A stretch of 64,000 nucleotides of DNA, from the NCBI GenBank assembly GCA_965227515.1, contig CBDDFZ010000002.1, forward strand, positions 544,001 to 608,000, written 5' to 3'. The translations under genes and the position numbers were made by a program. This document shows, piece after piece, positions 1 through 8,395 of the stretch. Position 1 is the first letter of the stretch. Every line of letters starts with the position of its first letter. A model generated the notes under the pieces. It saw nothing but the letters and a program-made list of their open reading frames with translations, was not told the DNA's origin and did not search any database. The DNA is from Alphaproteobacteria bacterium (GTDB lineage Bacteria > Pseudomonadota > Alphaproteobacteria > CALKHQ01).

Positions 1-21
1 CGAGCGGGCGCGCTCGGGCTC

Positions 22-1428
22 GTGACCGCACCCACTGTCGTTTGGTTCCGGCAGGATCTCAGGCTTGCCGACAATCCTGCGTTGGACGCCGCCATAGCGC
101 GCGGCGCGCCGCTGGTCGCGGTCTACGTGCTGGACGACGACACGCCGGGCGACTGGAAGGCCGGCGGCGCCTCGCGCTGGTGGTTGCATCATAGCCTGGC
201 ATCGCTGGCGAAGAACCTGGACGACCTCGGCCAGCGGCTGGTGCTGCGGCGTGGCGCGGCCGACGAGATCATCAAGGCCCTGGTCGAGGAGGTCGGCGCT
301 GGCGCGGTGTTCTGGAACCGCTGCTACGAGCCCTCGGCCATCGCGCGCGACACCAAGCTGAAGTCCGGGCTGGGCGAGCGCGACGTCGAGGTGGCGTCGT
401 TCAACGGGTCGCTGCTGGTCGAGCCCTGGACGGTGAAGACCAAGTCGGGCGATCCGTTCAAGGTGTTCACGCCGTTCTGGCGCGCGGTGCAGGAGGGCGA
501 TCCGATGGATGCGCCGTCCGACCGCCCGGAGAAGCTGCCGGCGGCGCCCGATGGCGTCGACAGCGACGACCTGGACGATTGGGAGCTGCTCCCGACAAAG
601 CCGGACTGGGCAGGCGGCATGCGCGATGCCTGGACGCCGGGCGAGGCGGGGGCGCGTGACCGGCTGGCCAGATTCCTGGACGACGCCATCGCCGACTACG
701 CCGCCGCCCGCGACCGGCCGGACAGTGAGACCACGTCGCGACTGTCGCCGCACTTGCACTTCGGCGAGATCAGCCCGCGCCAGGTCTGGCAGGCGCTCGA
801 CGACGCCGACCGGGCGCCGAAGGGCACGGCGAAGTTCCGCTCCGAGCTGGGGTGGCGCGAGTTCAGCTATCACCTGCTGCACCAGTTCCCCAAGCTGCCG
901 GAGGAGAACTTCCGGCCCGAGTTCGACGCCTTCCCGTGGCAGCCGGACGAGGCGCACCTGCGCGCCTGGCAGCGGGGCCGCACCGGCGTGCCCATCGTCG
1001 ATGCCGGGATGCGCGAGCTGTGGGGCATCGGCTGGATGCATAACCGGGTGCGCATGGTGGTCGCCTCGTTCCTGGTCAAGCACCTGTTGCAGCCCTGGCA
1101 GGACGGCGCGCGCTGGTTCTGGGACACGCTGGTCGACGCCGACCTCGCTAACAACTCGGCAAGCTGGCAGTGGGTCGCCGGCTGCGGCGCCGACGCCGCG
1201 CCCTATTTCCGCGTTTTCAATCCGGTGCTGCAGGGCGAGAAGTTCGACCCGAAGGGCGACTATGTCCGCTGCTGGGTGCCGGAGCTGGCCGACGTGCCCG
1301 ACAAGTACGTGCACAAGCCGTGGGAAATGGGCTCACCGCCCAAGGACTACCCGGCGCCATTGGTCGACATCGGCGAGGGCAGGCGCCGCGCGCTCGCCGC
1401 CTATGACGAGGTGAAGGGCGGGGACTAG
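22..1428 (+). CDS. phrB: Deoxyribodipyrimidine photolyase (class I CPD photolyase/cryptochrome family)
   Basis: N-terminal WFRQDLRLADNPAL; TSRLSPHLHFGEISPR; WQRGRTGVPIVDAGMREL; MHNRVRM; DADLANN FAD-binding motifs. Confidence 0.93.
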   Translation: MTAPTVVWFRQDLRLADNPALDAAIARGAPLVAVYVLDDDTPGDWKAGGASRWWLHHSLASLAKNLDDLGQRLVLRRGAADEIIKALVEEVGAGAVFWNRCYEPSAIARDTKLKSGLGERDVEVASFNGSLLVEPWTVKTKSGDPFKVFTPFWRAVQEGDPMDAPSDRPEKLPAAPDGVDSDDLDDWELLPTKPDWAGGMRDAWTPGEAGARDRLARFLDDAIADYAAARDRPDSETTSRLSPHLHFGEISPRQVWQALDDADRAPKGTAKFRSELGWREFSYHLLHQFPKLPEENFRPEFDAFPWQPDEAHLRAWQRGRTGVPIVDAGMRELWGIGWMHNRVRMVVASFLVKHLLQPWQDGARWFWDTLVDADLANNSASWQWVAGCGADAAPYFRVFNPVLQGEKFDPKGDYVRCWVPELADVPDKYVHKPWEMGSPPKDYPAPLVDIGEGRRRALAAYDEVKGGD

Positions 1429-1467
1429 TGGAACCCCCGCGTCGGGTCGGTGTTTGCCAGTCAACCC

Positions 1468-3006
1468 ATGCCTGAACGCGACACCACCAGAACGCGCCAC
1501 GTTGTCGTGGTGCTCGGCCACCCGCGCGGAATGGACAGCCTGTGCGGTGCGCTGGCCCTGGACTATCACCGGGCAGCCAAAGCGGCTGGCGCTGTCGTTG
1601 ACCTGATCGACCTGTCGCGCGCCGACTTCGACCCCAATGTGCAAGTGGCGCGCCCGCAGGACCAGACCCTGGAGCCCGATCTCGCGGCGCTGAGGGCTGC
1701 GGTCGACGGCGCCGATCACGTGGCATTTGTCTACCCGACGTGGTGGGGCACCATGCCGGCGCTGATGAAGGGGGCGCTGGATCGACTGCTCGTGCCTGGG
1801 TGGGCGTTTCGCACCACCACCGGCGGCACCGGTTATGAACCTATGCTGCGCGGCCGCACCGCCGAGCTGATCACCACCATGGACACGCCGGGCCCGGTCT
1901 ACCGGTTCATCTACGGCGCGCCGGGTCATCGCGCGATGGCCCGGGCAACACTCGGCTTTTGCGGCTTCCGGATGACGCGGTTCACCCGCTTCGGGCCGGT
2001 CCGCGACAGCGCCGCGCCGGAGCGTCAGCGCTGGATCGCCGCGTCGGCCCGACTAGGCCGGGACGGCGGTGCCGGCAACACTCGCCCGGTGCGCGCCACC
2101 TGGACCTCGGTGGCACCGTGGCTGCAGGCGTTGCGGCTGCAATTCTACCCGATGACCTTCCTGGCGTATTGGATGGGCGCGCTGGCGGCGGTGCCGGAAC
2201 ATGTCCTGCGCGATCCGCTCGCGTTCTGGCTCGGGTATGCGCTGTTATTCCTGCTGGAAGCGGCGACCGTCTTCACCAATGACGTCTTCGACGCCGAAAG
2301 CGACCGCCGCAATGCGCACTACGGGCCGTTCACTGGCGGATCGCGCGTCGTGCAAAGCGGCGTGCTGACACCGCGCAAGTTGCTGTTGGGCGCGGCTGTG
2401 GCGTTGGTATTAGCGGCGGCTCTGCTCGCCGTGCTCGCGATACGTTCGGACCGTGCGGCATTCACCGTGGGCTTCTTCCTCACGTTCGCCGTCATCGCAC
2501 TCGGCTACACCTTGCCGCCGTTGAAGTTCTCGCACCGCGGGCTCGGCGAACTGGTGGTCGCCATCACCCACAGCTTCGGTGCGATCTACGCTGGCCTTCT
2601 GCTCCAAACCGGCGACCTGGGCGATTCGCTGCCTCTGCAATTGAGTGTCCCGCTTGCCATCGCCGTACTTGCCGCCATCGCGCTGTCGGGCGTTCCTGAT
2701 GTCGCGGCGGATCGCGCGGCCGGAAAGCGCACGCTGACGGTCATTTTTGGGCCTCGGGCAATTCGCTGGATCGCGGTGGCCTGCGTCGCCGTATCGGCGG
2801 CGTTGGCAAGCTGGCTCTGGGCGCGTGGCGAGCCGGCGTGGGCCGGGGCGGTCTATGTGGTCCCGGTGCACGCAGTGCTGCTGATCTGGTTACTGCTGCG
2901 CTGGAGACCACCTGCCAATACGCCCGCGCGCATCGACGGGCTGATGATGGCGAGCCTCGGCTACATCATCTGGTTCGCCGCCATACCGCTGGCCAATCTG
3001 GCCTGA
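1468..3006 (+). CDS. Fusion of an NAD(P)H:quinone oxidoreductase (Flavodoxin_2-type) domain and a UbiA/MenA-type prenyltransferase domain
   Basis: N-half GHPR..SLC, YPTWWGTMPALMKGALDR, TTMDTP; C-half multi-TM with NDVFDAESD, TGGSR and PDVAADRAAGKRTL motifs; single uninterrupted ORF; start may instead be GTG 1450. Confidence 0.85.
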   Translation: MPERDTTRTRHVVVVLGHPRGMDSLCGALALDYHRAAKAAGAVVDLIDLSRADFDPNVQVARPQDQTLEPDLAALRAAVDGADHVAFVYPTWWGTMPALMKGALDRLLVPGWAFRTTTGGTGYEPMLRGRTAELITTMDTPGPVYRFIYGAPGHRAMARATLGFCGFRMTRFTRFGPVRDSAAPERQRWIAASARLGRDGGAGNTRPVRATWTSVAPWLQALRLQFYPMTFLAYWMGALAAVPEHVLRDPLAFWLGYALLFLLEAATVFTNDVFDAESDRRNAHYGPFTGGSRVVQSGVLTPRKLLLGAAVALVLAAALLAVLAIRSDRAAFTVGFFLTFAVIALGYTLPPLKFSHRGLGELVVAITHSFGAIYAGLLLQTGDLGDSLPLQLSVPLAIAVLAAIALSGVPDVAADRAAGKRTLTVIFGPRAIRWIAVACVAVSAALASWLWARGEPAWAGAVYVVPVHAVLLIWLLLRWRPPANTPARIDGLMMASLGYIIWFAAIPLANLA

Positions 3007-3013
3007 GACCCGC

Positions 3014-3952
3014 CTAGATTTGCGTCGGTGCCGGCAGGTCGCCCAGACGCGCGGCGATGGCGGCCCCGTCGACGAAGCTCGACTGGCAGCCCAGCGTCAG
3101 GCAGGCCAGCGCCGCGCCGACCGAGGCGCGCACCAGCGCATCCGGCAAAGAGAGGCCGGCGTCCAGACCCTGGCCCAGGATGCCGACGAAACCGTCGCCC
3201 GCACCCGTGGTGTCGACCGCCTCCACCGGCAAGGCGGCGACCCGCCAGCCGCCGTCCGGCCCATGCGCGATGGTGCCCTGCTTTCCCAGGGTCACGATGC
3301 AGGTCAGCCCGTGGGCGTCGGCCAGCGCCTTGGCGGTCGCCGAGCGGCTCTGACCGGCATGGCCGCCGGCCTGCGCGATCATCTCGGCCTCGATCTGGTT
3401 GACCACCAGCACGTCGATGGCGTCCAGCACCTCGGTCGGCACCGGGGCCGCAGGGGCGACGTTCAGCATGATGCGGCAGCCGGCGGCGCGGGCGCGCTTG
3501 ACCAGCGCCCAGTTCTCCTCCACCGGGATTTCCATCTGCATCAGCATGGTGGTGTCCGGCCCCAGCATGCCATCCGGCACCATGTCGGCGCGTGCTTCCG
3601 CGTTCGAGCCGCTGGCCACCACGATGGAGTTCTCGCCCGCCGCATCGACCCAGATCAGCGCGCAGCCGGTGGGCTTCTCCCCGGTCGCCAGTGCCGACAG
3701 GTCGACCCCGGCGTCGCGCAACATCTCAACGGCGCGCGGACCCAGGCTGTCGTCGCCGACCGCGCCGACCATCGCGACTTTGCTGTCGTGGCCGCTGCCG
3801 GATGCCGCGCGCGCCGCCGCGCAGGCCTGGTTCGCGCCCTTGCCGCCGGGCACCATGATGTAGGACGGGCACAGCACCGTTTCGCCCGGCTTGGGCAGGT
3901 GGTCGACCTTGGTGATCATGTCGACGTTGAGCGAGCCGAATACGACGATCAT
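3014..3952 (-). CDS. rbsK: Ribokinase (PfkB family)
   Basis: GSLNVD, PGGKGANQA, VDTTGAGDGF PfkB signatures. Confidence 0.9.
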   Translation of the reverse strand: MIVVFGSLNVDMITKVDHLPKPGETVLCPSYIMVPGGKGANQACAAARAASGSGHDSKVAMVGAVGDDSLGPRAVEMLRDAGVDLSALATGEKPTGCALIWVDAAGENSIVVASGSNAEARADMVPDGMLGPDTTMLMQMEIPVEENWALVKRARAAGCRIMLNVAPAAPVPTEVLDAIDVLVVNQIEAEMIAQAGGHAGQSRSATAKALADAHGLTCIVTLGKQGTIAHGPDGGWRVAALPVEAVDTTGAGDGFVGILGQGLDAGLSLPDALVRASVGAALACLTLGCQSSFVDGAAIAARLGDLPAPTQI

Positions 3953-3964
3953 GGAACAGGCCCC

Positions 3965-4681
3965 TCACGATCCACCGCGGGCGGCGGCAACGGCGGCCTG
4001 CAAGGTGGCGAGCGACTGCTCGCCGACCAGCAGCCGGTCGCCGATGATGAAGGCGGGCGTGCCGTCGATGCCCAGCTCCTGGCCCAGCGCCAGGCTGTCG
4101 TTGATGTGCTGGTCGATGACCGCACTGTTGGCGAGCCCCTGCACCAGGTCTTCGCGGTCGATGCCGGCCATGCCGCTCACCTGGTCGACGATCCGCTCGC
4201 TGCGCGCGGTCACCCCCAGCATCGTGTGGTGAAAGGCCTCGTACGCGCCTTCCCGGTTGGCGATCATCGCCACGCGGGCCGCGTACCACGAGGTCGGCGC
4301 CAGGATCGGGAACTCCTTGTAGACCAGGCGGATACCGTCGTCCTTGGCCAGCAGTTCCTGCAGCACCGGCAGCATCAGCTGGCAATAGGGGCAGTTGTAG
4401 TCGACGAACTCGACGATGGTGACGTCGCCGTCGGGGTTGCCGCCGACCGCGTCCAGCGGGTGGTTGAAGATGACGTCGCGGTTGGCGCGGATGCGGCTCT
4501 GGGTCTCGATGCGCTCGATCGCCTCCAGAATCACGTCCGGATTGGCCATCAGGTAGTCGATCACCGCCTCGCGGTCGAACGGGGCCACGCCTTGCGCCCG
4601 TGCATCTGTTACCGGCCATCCGGCGCTCAGCAACACGGCCAGCGCCATCACGCCTGCCGCGATTTTCGATATCCGTATCAT
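3965..4681 (-). CDS. Exported DsbA-family (Com1-like) thiol-disulfide oxidoreductase
   Basis: Signal peptide; GNPDGDVTIVEFVDYNCPYC; GIDGTPAFIIG. Confidence 0.88.
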   Translation of the reverse strand: MIRISKIAAGVMALAVLLSAGWPVTDARAQGVAPFDREAVIDYLMANPDVILEAIERIETQSRIRANRDVIFNHPLDAVGGNPDGDVTIVEFVDYNCPYCQLMLPVLQELLAKDDGIRLVYKEFPILAPTSWYAARVAMIANREGAYEAFHHTMLGVTARSERIVDQVSGMAGIDREDLVQGLANSAVIDQHINDSLALGQELGIDGTPAFIIGDRLLVGEQSLATLQAAVAAARGGS

Positions 4682-4847
4682 GCCGGCAATCTATCCCCGC
4701 CGCGCGAAAGCGCAAGCCGATGGGGCGCGGTTGACCGAAGCGTGAGGCGCGCGCGAGTGGAGATCGGCGGGTCAGGCCGCTTGCATCTCGGGCCTGCCTC
4801 GTGCCCAAATCGCCGCGATTGTCAGCCTCATGTCTCGCTGAGCACAT

Positions 4848-6089
4848 ATGTATTCATCGCTTTCCGACCTTGTTACGCTTGGCGCGCGCGGCGTTGCCGA
4901 AACCGGTGACGACGCAGCAGCGGCGGAGTTCACCCTCGGCGCGCACCGCAGCGTGCCGCCGGCCGAAACGCTCGCCCGGATAGAGCCGGAGAAGGCGCGC
5001 TACGGCATCACGCGGGTGGCGCGGGTCACCGGGCTCGACCGCATCGGCATCGAGGTCTTCATGGTGGTGCGGCCGAACCAGTACGGGCTGGCCGTCACCC
5101 AGGGCAAGGGTGTCACCCGAGAGGCGGCGCGGGTCTCCGGCCTGATGGAGGCGATGGAATTCTGGCACGCCGAGCGGCCCGACTTGCCGCTGCGCCACGC
5201 CACCGCGCGCGATCTCGCCCGGCACTACCGGATGCCGCCGATGGCCGCCCTGCCGCTGGTCGGCGCGCCGCCATCGGATACGGTTCCGCTGTTCTGGGCA
5301 ATGGCGACCGACCTGTTCACCGGCGATACGGTGCCGGTGCCCTACGACCTGGTCCATGCCTGCTTCCTGGAGGACGACCGTGCGGCGGAGTCGCCGTTCC
5401 AGATCTCAACCAACGGGCTCGCCTCCGGCAACTCGATGCTGGAAGCGGCGACCCATGCCGCCAGCGAGCTGGTGGAGCGCGACCAGATCATCCGCTTCGA
5501 CCGGCGCGAGGCAGCGTCGCGGGAGGCGGCGCGGATCGATCTCGCCAGCGTCGACACACCCTACCTCGCCGAGCTGATCGGCCGGGTCGCCGCCGCCGAG
5601 ATGTCGGTGGCGCTGTGGGACATGACCAACGCATGGGGTGTGCCGGGCTACATCTGCCAGATCGTCGACACCACAGCACACCCCGGGCCGCCCGGCATGG
5701 GGGCCGGGTGCCATCCGCGCCGCGACGTGGCCGCCGCCCGCGCGATCACCGAGGCGGCGCAGTCGCGGCTGACCCGCATTTCAGGTGCGCGCGACGACCT
5801 GACCGGGCGCCTGTTCGGCGGCGCGATCCAGACCCGCACCCTGTGGCTGAACCAGCGCGCCGGCGAGGCGGCCGAGGCAACACCGCAAGCGTTTGCCAGC
5901 GGCGTGGACCTGTCGGCCAGCGGCCTGGAGGCGGAGTACCTGGCCGTGCTGGGCGCCCTGCGCGCGGCCGGGCTGGAGATGCTGCTGGCGGTCGACCTGG
6001 CGCCCGACGCGCCGTTCAGCGTGGTCCGGCTGATCGCGCCCGGCGTGCTCGGCATGCTGTCCGGGGCCGTGGCGGGTGCGAACGGATGA
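4848..6089 (+). CDS. ycaO: YcaO-family ATP-dependent backbone-modifying enzyme (TfuA-associated type)
   Basis: GITRVARVTGLDRIGI, QGKG, SGLMEAMEFWHAE, STNGLASGN, ELVERD, EAAQSRLTRISGARDD; no C-terminal PxP motif of azoline-forming YcaOs. Confidence 0.93.
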   Translation: MYSSLSDLVTLGARGVAETGDDAAAAEFTLGAHRSVPPAETLARIEPEKARYGITRVARVTGLDRIGIEVFMVVRPNQYGLAVTQGKGVTREAARVSGLMEAMEFWHAERPDLPLRHATARDLARHYRMPPMAALPLVGAPPSDTVPLFWAMATDLFTGDTVPVPYDLVHACFLEDDRAAESPFQISTNGLASGNSMLEAATHAASELVERDQIIRFDRREAASREAARIDLASVDTPYLAELIGRVAAAEMSVALWDMTNAWGVPGYICQIVDTTAHPGPPGMGAGCHPRRDVAAARAITEAAQSRLTRISGARDDLTGRLFGGAIQTRTLWLNQRAGEAAEATPQAFASGVDLSASGLEAEYLAVLGALRAAGLEMLLAVDLAPDAPFSVVRLIAPGVLGMLSGAVAGANG

Positions 6090-7447
6090 GCGACGCACCC
6101 ACCGCCGTCGTCTTCATCGGGCCGAGCCGGGGGCGCACCCCGCTGGACGTGCCCGGGAACGTGCGCCTGGCGCCGCCGGCGGCGTTCGGCGATCTCTATC
6201 GCGCGGCGCGGGCCGGGGTCGGGCGTATCGGGCTGGTCGACGCGGTGTTCGAGGACCAGCCCACGGTCTGGCACAACGAGATCCTGTGGGCGCTGGACCA
6301 TGGCGTCGAGGTCTATGGCGGCGCCAGCATGGGCGCGCTCAGGGCGGCGGAATGCGCGCCGTTCGGCATGATCGGGGTCGGCGCGATCTTCGAGATGTAC
6401 CGCGACGGCACGCTGGAGGACGATCACGAGGTGGCGGTGCTGCACGGACCGGCCGACCTGGACCACATGCCGCTGACCGAGCCTTTGGTGAACGTGCGGG
6501 CCACGCTTGCCGCCGCCCGCGATGCCGGCGTGCTGACGCCGGACGAGGCGGAGGCGATGCTGGGTAAGGCGCACGACCGCTACTACAAGACCCTGACCTG
6601 GGCGAGCCTGCTGGACGATGCGCAGCTCGGCGGGCTGTCGGCGGCGGCGGACCGGCTCGCGCCATGGCTGCCGAGCGGGCGCATCGACCTGAAGCGCAAC
6701 GACGCGCAGGCGCTGATCGCGCGGGTGTCGTCCGACCCGCCGCCCGCGCCAGAAGCGGGCAAGACCACGCCGTCCTTCTTCAATGTCACCTCGTTCTGGA
6801 GCCACGCCGCCGACCTGCTGGACGATGCCGGCGCCGCGCTCAGCGATGGCGAGCGGCTGGTGCTGGACGAGATGCGGCTGGACCCTGCCGCCTATCGCCG
6901 GGCGCTGCTGCGCGCCTTCGCACGGCGCAACGCGGTGGCCGAGGACGGGTCCGCGGCGGCCGCCATCGACGGGTTCCGCGAGGCTGCCGGCCTGATGAGC
7001 GCACAGGATTATGCCGCCTGGTGCGCCGCGCACCATGTGGCCCGGCCCGACCTGGAACGTGCGGTCGCCGAGGATGAGGGCCTGGAGGCGACATTGGATG
7101 ACATGGCGGCCGAGCTTGCCGCCGATATCGTGATGGAGGCGCGGCTGTCCGGGCGCTACCCACGCCTGCACGCCCGCGCCATGGCGAAGCTGCGGGCGCT
7201 GGACCGCGCGGGCGACGTCGGCCCTGCGCTGTCGCTGGGGCAGCTCCTCGACTGGTTCGCCGCCACACGCGGGACCGATGTTGTGCCCGAGGAGGCGGAT
7301 GATTTCGCCCGCGGTCTCGGTCTGCCGGACAGGAACGCGCTGCACGATCTTCTGCTGCGGGAGTATGTGTCCGACGGCGCGGCCGAGCCCTCTGGGCCGG
7401 ACAGCAGCAGTTCGATGAGCGAACCCGGCCGTCGAGGGGGCGCATAA
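6086..7447 (+). CDS. tfuA: TfuA-like protein with long C-terminal extension
   Basis: VVFIGPS, VWHNEIL, GGASMGALRAAEC, DDHEVAVLHGP, PLVNVRATL, IDLKRNDA; ATG overlaps the ycaO stop (ATGA). Confidence 0.92.
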   Translation: MSDAPTAVVFIGPSRGRTPLDVPGNVRLAPPAAFGDLYRAARAGVGRIGLVDAVFEDQPTVWHNEILWALDHGVEVYGGASMGALRAAECAPFGMIGVGAIFEMYRDGTLEDDHEVAVLHGPADLDHMPLTEPLVNVRATLAAARDAGVLTPDEAEAMLGKAHDRYYKTLTWASLLDDAQLGGLSAAADRLAPWLPSGRIDLKRNDAQALIARVSSDPPPAPEAGKTTPSFFNVTSFWSHAADLLDDAGAALSDGERLVLDEMRLDPAAYRRALLRAFARRNAVAEDGSAAAAIDGFREAAGLMSAQDYAAWCAAHHVARPDLERAVAEDEGLEATLDDMAAELAADIVMEARLSGRYPRLHARAMAKLRALDRAGDVGPALSLGQLLDWFAATRGTDVVPEEADDFARGLGLPDRNALHDLLLREYVSDGAAEPSGPDSSSSMSEPGRRGGA

Positions 7448-7549
7448 AGACGGCTTGCGCTCGTGTGCGGGCCGGGCCAGCATTGCGGTGTGGTGCGGTC
7501 GTCACCGCAAGGACGGGCGCGACCGCTGTGGTGACCCGGGGGGAGAGCG

Positions 7550-8275
7550 ATGTCTGAGGATCATGCGGCCGGTGCGCCCCGTGTGGAATTTGTCAACGCC
7601 AGCCGTGGCGTTTCGGCACAGAAAGAAAACTGTGCGCTCTGCTCCGCCGCGGGCGCCGTGAACCTCACGATCGGATCCAGCAGGTATTCGTCAAACGATG
7701 TCGCCAGCCTGACCGGTGTGGCCACGGCGGGCGCTTTCGCGGCAGTCGCCGGCCACGAAGAGGCGATCATCGCGTTTGTGGAGGCGAAGACGCAGCCGTC
7801 ACGAACGGCGGCGTCGATCGTGGAAACGGGCACACCGCTTGCCGATGCTATCGACGCTATGCTGGCCCAGCCTATCGGGACGGTCTTCGTTCTTCACCTC
7901 AGCGGCAAGACTGTCGCCTCGGTCGACGATCCGAACACCAACAGCCATTGGCTGAACGCCATCCTGGTCGAGAATGGGGGTGCCGGAGAACTCCGCTACT
8001 TCGATTTCCAGACCAACCGCAAGCTGCCGAACGCTGAGCGCAGCAGGTTTCTCAGGTCATGGGTCGGGGGAGCCAATCCCTCGTCGTCGTTGGCACCGTT
8101 CATCGGCATCGTCGGCCAGGCCGAGCTGAGTTTCGAGAAGCGGAGGCTCGGCGGCATTGGCCAGGAACTCGATGAAGGCGCGCACCGCACCATGCATGCC
8201 GCTCACCAGGCCGGGACCTTTCTGCCCGAAACGACGACGGCGCAAACAATACTGGCGTTTCCACCGGCCGGTTGA
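7550..8275 (+). CDS. Stand-alone papain-fold protein resembling toxin glutamine-deamidase (Tox-PL-type) domains
   Basis: ENCALC...SHWLNA...G..RYFDFQ pattern matches the NCxxC / HxxN / YxDxQ layout of papain-fold deamidases; GGGGGAG RBS upstream. Confidence 0.6.
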   Translation: MSEDHAAGAPRVEFVNASRGVSAQKENCALCSAAGAVNLTIGSSRYSSNDVASLTGVATAGAFAAVAGHEEAIIAFVEAKTQPSRTAASIVETGTPLADAIDAMLAQPIGTVFVLHLSGKTVASVDDPNTNSHWLNAILVENGGAGELRYFDFQTNRKLPNAERSRFLRSWVGGANPSSSLAPFIGIVGQAELSFEKRRLGGIGQELDEGAHRTMHAAHQAGTFLPETTTAQTILAFPPAG

Positions 8276-8395
8276 AAGTGTGGTCAAACGCAGAAGAGTC
8301 CGGAGCCAACAGCTTGTTGACGGCGGGAGGTATCGGCGGAATAATCGCAGTCGATTTTGATATGCCTGCAATATCTCGCAAATGGAAGTGTCGTA

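Noticed and set aside
4682-4847. Short classical RiPP precursor upstream of ycaO
   Set aside because: No ORF with a convincing RBS and leader/core pattern was found here or in the other gaps of the cluster, though a very short peptide cannot be excluded by eye.
5615-6085. N-terminal extension of TfuA (610-aa ORF)
   Set aside because: It overlaps ycaO out of frame; TfuA motifs begin right after ATG 6086.
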